A stretch of DNA of 64,000 bases. Origin: Lachnospiraceae bacterium (GTDB lineage: Bacteria > Bacillota > Clostridia > Lachnospirales > Lachnospiraceae). Shown in pieces: positions 1 through 11,420 of the stretch. The stretch lies in assembly GCA_900753305.1 (NCBI GenBank), contig CAADYR010000031.1, positions 37,829 to 101,828 of the forward strand. Direction: 5' to 3'. The first letter of the stretch is position 1. Each line of letters opens with the position of its first letter. The notes under the pieces are model-generated. The model searched no databases. It was not told the origin of the DNA and was given only the letters and a program-made list of their open reading frames with translations. The position numbers and the translations under genes were made by a program.

Positions 1-3000
1 AGGTAGGAGAAGACAAAGATCCTGAACAGGGGGCATATCAGTATACCATCTATTATCTGGATGCGAACCACAAGAGTGTAGACGGAGCTTCTTTATGGAT
101 ATGGTCTGATAATGTGAATGGAACGCAGTATTTCTTCCAGGATACGGAGGAACTGGCAGATGGCAATACCTGGTTGAAAGCGGAAGTATCAAGCGACTAT
201 GAAGTGTTATATATCATTCCAAGAGCTTATGATGACTGGGCATGGCAGGATGTTGACAAAAGTTACGATAACGAACAGAAACAGGAAAATGTGACTCTAT
301 ATCTGGTCAACGGAGATGCCAGCGTTTACACAGAACTCCCTGAAATCGTAGAAAGAGAAAGCCGCTATGTTATTGTTGAGTACAACAGACCGGCAGGCGA
401 TTATGACGGGTGGAATATTTATAGCTGGAATACGGGTTATGGCAGTGAAGTATCAGTTGACTTTGAAAAACTTGGCGGCAAGATGGTAGCCAGAATTCCG
501 GTCGTAGACACAAAAGAAAGTATTTCTTTCTGCATGAGAAGAAGTGAAACAGATAATGCATGGGCTGAGAAAGATGGTGGAGATCATACCGTAGCGATTC
601 CTCTGGATCAAAGCGTTGTAAAGGCATCTTTTATACAGGACGAAGGTGTTGTGGGTAATCTGCCATATAATACTGGTTATGTAACAGATGTTATTAATGG
701 TGAAGTTACTTTTTATTACAGAGATGATACCCTTTTTAGAAAATATGAAGAATTTACATTAAAAGATCATGTTGAGCTCATCTGGGATGGCGAAAAGTAT
801 CCTATGGCTTATGATGAAACAAATGAGAGATATTATTATACAGGCAAATTAACAGAAGGTGATCATTATTATGGTTATCTGGTAAATGGCGAACTGGTGA
901 CAGATCGATTCAATACAGAAACAGCAGTTGTAAATGATACAACATATTCTGCTTATACTTATACTGCATTTGATGCAGATGTACAGGCAGAAGTCATTCC
1001 TTCCGAAATTGATTATAATGATAACGCTGTATTGAAACTGACATTGCAGGCTGATGAAACACAGCAGATCGAGGCAGTTGAAGCTTATGCGGATTTGTCG
1101 GAATTAGGTCAAAGCAGCAGTTTCGCCATTGATACAGAATTGATGGAAAGTACGATCGCATTAAAAGAGGGAGTTTCTACAGGTGTAAAAAATATTCCTG
1201 TAACTGTAAAGGATCAGTATGGCAACCTTTATACGACCTCTGCACATGTAACTGTAAAGGACAGGGATAATGACGGTTTTGACTGGGATGAAGCGGTAAT
1301 TTATTTTGCAGTTACAGACCGCTTCTTTGATGGCGACAGTAGCAACAATGATGCATATGGTACAGGTACTTATGCACCGGCAGAGGGTTCCATGTATCAT
1401 GGAGGCGATTTTGCAGGTCTGGAGTCCAAACTTGATTATCTGCAGAAACTTGGTGTAAATACAGTATGGATCACACCTGTTGTAGAAAATATAGAAGATA
1501 CACTTAACTGTGATGGATATGACGGACAGCATAATTCCGGATACCATGGTTACTGGGCAAGTGATTTTACAAAGCTTAATAAACATCTGGGAACACCGGA
1601 GGAATTACAGGAGCTTGTTGATGCACTGCATGCCCGTGGAATGAAGTTAATGGTAGATGTAGTTCTGAATCATGCAGGTTACGGTACAGAAGATACCTTT
1701 AATAATACTTATATTGCAGGCAAGAATATGCTTCGTGATAAATCTACGACTGTAAAGGGTGATGATAAGAAAGATGCATTATCCAGTCTTCCTGATTTTG
1801 TAACAGAGGATGAGCAGGTAAGAGATCTGCTGATCGCATGGCAGACTTCGTGGGTAAGTAATTATGATATTGATTATTTCAGAGTAGATACAGTAAAGCA
1901 TGTTGATGATACGACATGGAAAGCATTCAAAAATGCATTAACCTATATTGATCCTGATTTTAAGATGATCGGTGAATATGCAGGTGCAGGATATGCAACG
2001 AATGCAGGGCAGCTTAGAACTGGCCAGATGGATTCTTTACTTGATTTTGATTTCAATGACCAGGCAATTTCATTTGTAAGCGGTAATTTATCTACAGTAG
2101 AAAACTTTATGGAAAGCCGGAATGCAGGAATTGACAACACGGCAACCATGGGAAGTTTCCTCAGCAGTCATGATGAGGATGGACTGATGTACCGCCTGAT
2201 GAATGAAGGCAATTGCGTAGATGCTGACAAGGCTTATGCCTTGATGAAAGTTGCAGCAACTTTGCAGATCACGGCAAAAGGACAGCCGGTTATCTATTAT
2301 GGAGAAGAATTAGGACAGACAGGAGCAAATAACTGGCCGTACCAGACGAATCGTTATGATATGGATTGGTCAATTGCAAATGATGACAATGATATGCTTG
2401 GACATTATTCCAAACTGCTTGAAATTCGTAATTCTTATACGGATGTTTTTGCAAAGGGCAGCAGAACTACAGTAGCAGCAGATGATGCAGACGGTACACT
2501 GGTAGCATCCAGAAGCTATGGTGATACTACTTTATTTGTAGGATTTAATATTAATGAAAATGAAAGCAGAACAGTAGAACTGAAGCTGGCAGCCAATACG
2601 ACATATACAGATTTATATAGTAACAGTCAGTATCAGAGCAATACAGACGGTGTGGTACAGATCGAAATACCTGCTGCAAAGGACGGAGGTACAGTCGTAT
2701 TAAAGGCAGGCAAAGCCAAACCATCAGACAGACCACAGATTAAAAATGATTCTGAGGAAAATACAGGAAATAATGAAAGCCAGAGCAGTGATGCAGGTAT
2801 AACAACAGGAAGAGTAATGACTGAACCGGAGTATACCTCGATAGATGGGACTACAGTAACAGGCTGGGATAAAGTCGTTGACCGCGCATTTGCCGATGCA
2901 CAGGCACAGATGGTTCCCCTGTCTGATTCTGCTGAAAATGCAGCAACAGTACAGCAGACAGTTGTAAATCTTACATTAAAGTCCCATTCCAATATGATCA

Positions 3001-3389
3001 TTCCGGCAGCGGTAGTAGCCAAAATGGCAGCCAGCGGGGCAACATATGTATTTTCATGGGAGGATGGAGTAATTACAGCATACACAGCAGCAGCGCTTGC
3101 ACAGGTAAAAGGAGATCTGGATCTGAATATCATGGTATCAAAAGACAAGGATTTCGGACAGGGATTCAAATCATTTGTGCTTGATCCAAGAAAGAAGGCT
3201 ATTTATGGTGTCAAGCTTGCAACCGTAATGTCACTGGGTAAAGAGAATGCCGGCAGGACAGCATTTATTTTCCAGAGAAATCTTACAACACAGGGAATAG
3301 AATTCCTGAATAGTACCACTATCGATGAGGCGGGAAATGTTGCTGTACCATGTGTTGATTTCACGGATTTTGTTATCCTTTATCAATAA
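1..3389 (+). CDS. Multimodular GH13 alpha-amylase/amylopullulanase with starch-binding (CBM41/PUD-like) modules; 5'-partial
   Basis: Frame is open from position 3 (VGEDKDPEQGAY...), so the true start lies upstream of the window. GH13 motifs YHGYW, DVVLNH, FRVDTVKH (nucleophile), IGEY and SSHDE; CBM41-like YNRPAGDYDGWNIYSW. Confidence 0.9.
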   Translation, partial: VGEDKDPEQGAYQYTIYYLDANHKSVDGASLWIWSDNVNGTQYFFQDTEELADGNTWLKAEVSSDYEVLYIIPRAYDDWAWQDVDKSYDNEQKQENVTLYLVNGDASVYTELPEIVERESRYVIVEYNRPAGDYDGWNIYSWNTGYGSEVSVDFEKLGGKMVARIPVVDTKESISFCMRRSETDNAWAEKDGGDHTVAIPLDQSVVKASFIQDEGVVGNLPYNTGYVTDVINGEVTFYYRDDTLFRKYEEFTLKDHVELIWDGEKYPMAYDETNERYYYTGKLTEGDHYYGYLVNGELVTDRFNTETAVVNDTTYSAYTYTAFDADVQAEVIPSEIDYNDNAVLKLTLQADETQQIEAVEAYADLSELGQSSSFAIDTELMESTIALKEGVSTGVKNIPVTVKDQYGNLYTTSAHVTVKDRDNDGFDWDEAVIYFAVTDRFFDGDSSNNDAYGTGTYAPAEGSMYHGGDFAGLESKLDYLQKLGVNTVWITPVVENIEDTLNCDGYDGQHNSGYHGYWASDFTKLNKHLGTPEELQELVDALHARGMKLMVDVVLNHAGYGTEDTFNNTYIAGKNMLRDKSTTVKGDDKKDALSSLPDFVTEDEQVRDLLIAWQTSWVSNYDIDYFRVDTVKHVDDTTWKAFKNALTYIDPDFKMIGEYAGAGYATNAGQLRTGQMDSLLDFDFNDQAISFVSGNLSTVENFMESRNAGIDNTATMGSFLSSHDEDGLMYRLMNEGNCVDADKAYALMKVAATLQITAKGQPVIYYGEELGQTGANNWPYQTNRYDMDWSIANDDNDMLGHYSKLLEIRNSYTDVFAKGSRTTVAADDADGTLVASRSYGDTTLFVGFNINENESRTVELKLAANTTYTDLYSNSQYQSNTDGVVQIEIPAAKDGGTVVLKAGKAKPSDRPQIKNDSEENTGNNESQSSDAGITTGRVMTEPEYTSIDGTTVTGWDKVVDRAFADAQAQMVPLSDSAENAATVQQTVVNLTLKSHSNMIIPAAVVAKMAASGATYVFSWEDGVITAYTAAALAQVKGDLDLNIMVSKDKDFGQGFKSFVLDPRKKAIYGVKLATVMSLGKENAGRTAFIFQRNLTTQGIEFLNSTTIDEAGNVAVPCVDFTDFVILYQ

Positions 3390-3460
3390 AATTATGTGAA
3401 CCTATTGTCAAAATTACAAGAAATTGTTTAAACTTTTAAAAAAATATGTTACTTTTTGAC

Positions 3461-3489
3461 TTGAAAGAGTGACAAATAAGAAGTAAAAT
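3461..3489 (+). promoter_or_regulatory. Sigma-A promoter of the atp operon
   Basis: TTGAAA (3461-3466), 17-nt spacer, TAAAAT (3484-3489). Confidence 0.6.
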
Positions 3490-3622
3490 ATCTATGAAAG
3501 CATTCGGGGGGAGGGAGCAAAATGTTCTCTCCCTTTCTATACACAAAGAAAGTATGATAATGCTTTCACAAAATTATATATCATATCAAAAATAATCAAG
3601 AAGGAAAGGAGATGAATGGAAG

Positions 3623-4309
3623 ATGGAACAGATTGCAAACGAACTGCTTGAAGAGTTGAACTGTGATACTGCCTTTACAATCCCCATATTCGGTGGCATT
3701 GAAGTTGCAGAATCAGTCGTGATCACTTGGGTCATTATGGCATTTATGCTGATATTGGCTATCTGCATGACCAGAAATCTTAAAGTACAGAACCCTGGTA
3801 AGAGACAGGTTATTCTGGAAACGGCAGTATGCGGACTGCAGAATATGGTAAAAGGCATCATCGGAGAAGAAGGCGCCGGATATGTACCTTATCTGGTTAC
3901 GGTTATCGTATACATTGGTATATCAAACATCATTGGACTGTTTGGTATGAAACCGCCTACAAAGGACCTGAATGTAACAGGCGCACTGGCAATCATGAGT
4001 ATTATTCTGATCGAATATTCCGGAATCCATGCAAAGGGCGTGAAACGCTGGGCGAAGAGCTTTGCGGAGCCTGTAGCCGTTGTGGCACCTTTAAATGTAT
4101 TGGAGATATTTATCAGACCGCTATCCTTATGTATGCGACTTTTTGGTAATGTACTGGGCGCATTCGTAGTTATGGAGCTGCTTAAGATTATCATGCCGGC
4201 TATTTTGCCAATCCCGTTCAGTTTATACTTTGATATATTCGATGGATTGATTCAGGCATATGTATTCGTATTCTTAACATCATTATTTATTAAGGAAGCT
4301 ATCGAGTAA
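3623..4309 (+). CDS. atpB: F0 ATP synthase subunit a
   Basis: Hydrophobic; PPTKDLN, RPLSLCMRLFGN and IQAYVFVFLT motifs. Confidence 0.97.
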   Translation: MEQIANELLEELNCDTAFTIPIFGGIEVAESVVITWVIMAFMLILAICMTRNLKVQNPGKRQVILETAVCGLQNMVKGIIGEEGAGYVPYLVTVIVYIGISNIIGLFGMKPPTKDLNVTGALAIMSIILIEYSGIHAKGVKRWAKSFAEPVAVVAPLNVLEIFIRPLSLCMRLFGNVLGAFVVMELLKIIMPAILPIPFSLYFDIFDGLIQAYVFVFLTSLFIKEAIE

Positions 4310-4340
4310 CTATTCTGAATAGTTAGAAACAATTAATTAG

Positions 4341-4583
<243 letters not shown>

Positions 4584-4604
4584 GCAGGAAGGTAGGAAAA
4601 GATT

Positions 4605-5090
4605 ATGCTTAGATTGGATATTAATCTGGTCTTCACAATCATCAACTTATTGGTTCTCTATTTCCTGATGAAGAAGTTCCTGTTCAAGCCGGTAAACAAT
4701 ATCATTGCACAGAGAGAAGAAGCAATCAAGAAGCAGTTTGATGAGGCTGATGAAGCCCAGAAGAAGGCTGATGACTTAAAGAAACAGTATGAAGATTCCC
4801 TTGCAAATGCCAAGGAAGATTCTGCTAAACTGGTACAGGAAGCAAGAGAAAAAGCAAGAGTAGAGTACGATCGTATTGTGAAATCAGCCGATGAAGAAGT
4901 GACAAAGAGAATGCAGAAAGCAGAAGAAACCATTCAGGAAGAAAAGAACAAGTCTCTTCGCAGTATGCAGTCTGAAATTCAGAATCTTGTTGTTGCGGCA
5001 GCAAGTAAGGTAGTAGGAGATCAGGTATCTCCTGAACACAGTCAGAAGCTTTATGACGATTTTATCGCAGAAATGGGTGAAACGAAATGA
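4605..5090 (+). CDS. atpF: F0 ATP synthase subunit b
   Basis: N-terminal TM helix (INLLVLYFLMKKFLFKP) followed by a charged coiled coil. Confidence 0.96.
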   Translation: MLRLDINLVFTIINLLVLYFLMKKFLFKPVNNIIAQREEAIKKQFDEADEAQKKADDLKKQYEDSLANAKEDSAKLVQEAREKARVEYDRIVKSADEEVTKRMQKAEETIQEEKNKSLRSMQSEIQNLVVAAASKVVGDQVSPEHSQKLYDDFIAEMGETK

Positions 5091-7105
5091 CACAGACAGT
5101 GATTGATTATGCAAAAGAAATGAAAAGACTGTCTGTATCCCCGGAGGATGTAAAGCAGACTGTCGAATTATTAGAAGCTTTACCTCAGGTTAAGGTAGAC
5201 TTTGAGAACCCAACAGTCGAACTGGAGAAGAAGATTCATTTGATCGAGATGATTTTCCCAAAACAGATTAGGGATTTTCTGGAGCTTTTATGCGATCATC
5301 ATGATTTCAACCTTTTCTCTGAGATAGTAGAAGCTTACAATGAGGAGCTGCGCAAGGTAGAGAACAACCCTAATCTTGCAGTACAGATTTCATATGTAGT
5401 TCCTCCTACAGAAGACCAATTGAATAAGATGAAGGAATTCCTTAAAGAGAAATGCCATGCTGATGCATTAGATGTTACTCTCAAGGAAGACAAGAATCTG
5501 CTGGGCGGCTTCATTATCCGTGCAGGTAATGAAGAATACGACTGGAGTATGCGCGGCAGATTACAGCAGATCGAGCGTACTATGAAGGACAGCGTAGCAT
5601 CTGCTGATAATATGAATGATATCATTACGATCTTAAAGACTGAGATCGATGAGTCAGCCTTTGATACCAGCAAACGTGAAGTAGGTAATGTAATCTGGAT
5701 CGGTGATGGTATTGTTACGATCAAGGGTATTGACCATGCAATGTATGGTGAGATCGTAATCTTTGATACAGGCGTAAAGGGCATGGTACAGGATATCAGA
5801 AGAAATGAGATCGGATGTATCCTTTTTGGCCGTGATACCGGTATGAAAGAGGGCACCAGAGTCATCAGAAGCGGCAAACGTGCAGGTATTCCTGTAGGTG
5901 AGGGCTTCCTTGGCAGAGTTATCAATGCACTTGGCGAGCCTATTGATGGTAAGGGTGAGATTCCAAGTGTTGATTATCGTCCAATCGAAAACGATGCACC
6001 AAGTATCGTTGATCGTAAATCAGTCAGCGTACCAATGGAAACAGGTATTCTGGCAATCGACTCCATGTTCCCTATTGGACGTGGACAGCGTGAGTTGATC
6101 ATCGGCGACAGACAGACTGGTAAGACCAGTATTGCAATGGATGCCATTCTGAATCAGAAGGGTAAGGACGTTATCTGTATCTATGTTGCAATCGGTCAGA
6201 AGGCATCTACAATTGCCAAGCTGGTTCGTACTCTGGAAGCGCATGATGCACTTTCCTATACAACAGTTGTATCTGCAACAGCCAGTGATCCTGCATCTTT
6301 ACAGTACATTGCACCGTACTCAGGTACATCTCTTGCAGAGTACTTCATGTATAAGGGCAAGGATGTATTGATCGTATATGATGATCTGTCCAAGCATGCA
6401 GTTGCATACAGAGCATTATCTCTGTTGCTGGAGCGTTCACCAGGACGTGAAGCATATCCCGGTGACGTATTCTACTTACATTCCAGATTACTGGAGCGTT
6501 CTTCCAGACTGACTCCAGAGGCAGGCGGCGGTTCTATCACAGCATTGCCTATTATTGAGACACAGGCTGGTGACGTATCTGCGTATATCCCGACCAACGT
6601 AATTTCCATTACAGATGGTCAGATATTCCTGGAAAGCTCACTGTTCTTCTCCGGTCAGAGACCTGCCGTTAACGTCGGCTTATCTGTATCCCGTGTAGGT
6701 GGTGCAGCACAGACTAAGGCAATGAAGAAGGCAGCCGGAAGTATCCGTATCGATCTGGCACAGTTCAGAGAGATGGAAGTCTTTACACAGTTCAGTTCTG
6801 ATCTGGACGATACGACCAAACAGCAGTTGGAATATGGTAAAGGACTGATGGAAATCTTAAAACAGCCTCTGGGAAGACCTCTTTCCATGGCAGAGCAGGT
6901 TATTACACTGTGTGCAGCTAATAATAAGCTGTTCATGGGAGTACCTACTAAGGATGTCAAGAAATTCCAGATGGATATGCTTGATTATGTAAGAGACCAT
7001 AATGGTGAGATCATTCATGAACTGGAGGATAAGAAGGTCCTGACAGATGAACTTGCAGAAGAGATCATCAAAACAGTTAAGGAAATGAAATCAGCGCAAA
7101 TGTAA
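5087..7105 (+). CDS. atpA: Fused F1 delta-alpha subunit (about aa 1-175 delta, about aa 176-672 alpha)
   Basis: Delta-like N-terminus (YAK..NP..KK, LLGGFIIRAGNEEYDWSMRGRL) continuous with alpha (GDRQTGKT, PGREAYPGDVFYLHSRLLER); no stop between them. Confidence 0.93.
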   Translation: MTQTVIDYAKEMKRLSVSPEDVKQTVELLEALPQVKVDFENPTVELEKKIHLIEMIFPKQIRDFLELLCDHHDFNLFSEIVEAYNEELRKVENNPNLAVQISYVVPPTEDQLNKMKEFLKEKCHADALDVTLKEDKNLLGGFIIRAGNEEYDWSMRGRLQQIERTMKDSVASADNMNDIITILKTEIDESAFDTSKREVGNVIWIGDGIVTIKGIDHAMYGEIVIFDTGVKGMVQDIRRNEIGCILFGRDTGMKEGTRVIRSGKRAGIPVGEGFLGRVINALGEPIDGKGEIPSVDYRPIENDAPSIVDRKSVSVPMETGILAIDSMFPIGRGQRELIIGDRQTGKTSIAMDAILNQKGKDVICIYVAIGQKASTIAKLVRTLEAHDALSYTTVVSATASDPASLQYIAPYSGTSLAEYFMYKGKDVLIVYDDLSKHAVAYRALSLLLERSPGREAYPGDVFYLHSRLLERSSRLTPEAGGGSITALPIIETQAGDVSAYIPTNVISITDGQIFLESSLFFSGQRPAVNVGLSVSRVGGAAQTKAMKKAAGSIRIDLAQFREMEVFTQFSSDLDDTTKQQLEYGKGLMEILKQPLGRPLSMAEQVITLCAANNKLFMGVPTKDVKKFQMDMLDYVRDHNGEIIHELEDKKVLTDELAEEIIKTVKEMKSAQM

Positions 7106-7149
7106 TTGGCGTGGATAAAATCCACGTGTAATAGAAAGGTATTTGTAAT

Positions 7150-9423
<2,274 letters not shown>

Positions 9424-9424
<1 letters not shown>

Positions 9425-9846
9425 TGCGTATGAATACTTTTGAATTAAAGGTCATCGCAATCGACAAAACCTTTTTTACAGGCAAATGCCAGCAGGTTAT
9501 TGTAAGTGCTACAGACGGTTCTATCGGTATTATGGCACATCATGAGAATACTGTTATGGCATTGGTAGAAGGCCCGATGAGAATCCAGCTTGAAGATGGA
9601 ACATGGTTGGAAGCTGTTACAGGCGTGGGACATGCACAGATTGCTTATAACCGTGTAACGATTCTGGTAGACTTCGCAGAAAAGCCTGAGGAAATCGACG
9701 AAAGAAGAGCACAGGAGGCTCTGGAACGTGCACAGGAAGCTATGAGACAGAAGCAGAGTATTCAGGAATACCATATGTCACAGGCAAACATGGCACGTGC
9801 CATGGCAAGACTGGCAGCCAAGAAGCACTATACAAAAGACAAATGA
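9424..9846 (+). CDS. atpC: F1 ATP synthase epsilon subunit
   Basis: GSIGIMAHH beta domain, EEIDERRAQEALERA helices, last gene of the operon. Confidence 0.95.
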
Positions 9847-9855
9847 AATACGAGC

Positions 9856-9889
9856 AAAGGGATCAGAATTTAACTTCTGGTCCTTTTTG
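9856..9889 (+). terminator. Intrinsic terminator of the atp operon
   Basis: AAAGGGATCAGAA / TTCTGGTCCTTTT stem plus T-tract. Confidence 0.8.
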
Positions 9890-10019
9890 TATGCGATTTT
9901 GTACAACATTTTGATTAAAATTGGCAGTTTATGAAAGGATTTACAGTTTTCAAAATCTTCAGTATGATGTATCATAGAAGAGCAAATGATTAAACAAGAT
10001 GTAGAAGGAGCGTAACAGC

Positions 10020-10856
10020 ATGGAAAACAATTTTAATACACCGGCTCAGGTGTTTGAAGCAAATATGAAAGCGGGAGAAGGTAAAGTACAGCTTCCACTT
10101 CTGAAATGTATTTTGCTTGGTATTATGGCAGGTGCATTTATTGCTTTTGGTGGGGCAACCAGCAGTGCAGCAATACATAATATCTCCAATCAGGGTATTG
10201 CCAAGGCTCTCGCAGGAGCAATCTTCCCTGTAGGACTTATGATGATCGTATTCGTTGGCGGCGAATTATTTACGGGTGACTGTCTGATGATCGCAGGAAC
10301 AATAGATAAGCGTTTCTCTGTATTACAGATGATCAGAACGCTGGTTGTTGTATGGTTTAGCAATATGGCAGGTGCTGTCATCATTTCCATATTGGTATAT
10401 TACAGTGGATTGTTGGATTACACCAGCGGAGCACTTGGGGCATTTACGATCAAGGTAGCATATGGTAAGTGTACGATCACACCTTTCAAGGCAATCTGTT
10501 CCGGTATCCTGTGTAATATTCTGGTATGTATCGCAGTATTAATGGCAACTGCAGCCAAAGACATCGCAGGTAAAGTATGGGCTATTTTCTTCCCTATCTG
10601 TGCCTTCGTAGTAGGCGGCTGGGAACACTGTGTTGCCAATATGTTCTATATTCCGGCAGGTATCATCGCAGCAACCAATGACACATATGTTGCCAGGGCA
10701 GAAGAATTATATGGTATTACAGCAGCACAGATCAGTGCCAGTGTAAATATTGGCGGATTTATTTCCAACCTGATTCCTGTTACAATTGGAAATATCCTTG
10801 GTGGAATGGTATTTGTTGCACTGCCACTGTATTTCATTCATAAAAAGAAAGCATAG
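10020..10856 (+). CDS. Formate/nitrite transporter (FNT family)
   Basis: FPVGL, GGELFTG, GILCNILVC, EHCVANM, VTIGNILGG. Confidence 0.95.
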   Translation: MENNFNTPAQVFEANMKAGEGKVQLPLLKCILLGIMAGAFIAFGGATSSAAIHNISNQGIAKALAGAIFPVGLMMIVFVGGELFTGDCLMIAGTIDKRFSVLQMIRTLVVVWFSNMAGAVIISILVYYSGLLDYTSGALGAFTIKVAYGKCTITPFKAICSGILCNILVCIAVLMATAAKDIAGKVWAIFFPICAFVVGGWEHCVANMFYIPAGIIAATNDTYVARAEELYGITAAQISASVNIGGFISNLIPVTIGNILGGMVFVALPLYFIHKKKA

Positions 10857-10911
10857 GTGAAATGCAAACGTTTAAAAAGTTTGCAGGTTATAGTAAGGTA
10901 GGTGTATTAAC

Positions 10912-11415
10912 ATGAATGACAGATTGACTAGAAATGATATTAAGAAAATGGAAGAGGAAATTGAGCACCGTAAGCTGGTCGTGCGCCAGGAAGCCCTTGA
11001 AGATGTCAAAGAAGCCAGAGCGCAGGGTGATTTGAGTGAGAACTTTGAGTATAAAGCTGCCAAACGTTTTAAAAACCAGAATGAGAGCCGTATCCGTTAT
11101 CTGGAGAGAATGATCAAAACAGCGCAGATCATAGAAGATGATTCCAAAGAGGACGAGGTTGGCTTAAATAAAACGGTAGAGGTAGAATTTGTAGAAGATG
11201 GTACCACCGAAAAGTACCGTCTGGTCACTACTGTGCGCAATAATCCATTGCAGGGACTGATCAGTATCGAATCTCCAATCGCCAAGGCACTGATGGGGCA
11301 CAAGGCGGGAGAACAGGTACATGTTCAGGTCAACGATAACTTCGGTTATGAAGTCATAATAAAGAGCATTGAAAATACACCGGATGATGATTCCATAGAG
11401 ATTAGGAAGTTTTAG
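10912..11415 (+). CDS. greA: GreA/GreB family transcription elongation factor
   Basis: ARAQGDLSENFEY and ISIESPIAKALMG. Confidence 0.9.
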   Translation: MNDRLTRNDIKKMEEEIEHRKLVVRQEALEDVKEARAQGDLSENFEYKAAKRFKNQNESRIRYLERMIKTAQIIEDDSKEDEVGLNKTVEVEFVEDGTTEKYRLVTTVRNNPLQGLISIESPIAKALMGHKAGEQVHVQVNDNFGYEVIIKSIENTPDDDSIEIRKF

Positions 11416-11420
11416 AATAT

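Noticed and set aside
114..116. GTG 114 as the amylase start
   Set aside because: The frame is open back to position 3, with no RBS or signal peptide at 114; the gene starts upstream of the window.
5582..5614. Separate atpA starting at ATG 5582 or 5612
   Set aside because: No stop ends the delta part and there is no convincing SD; kept only as an alternative within the fusion finding.
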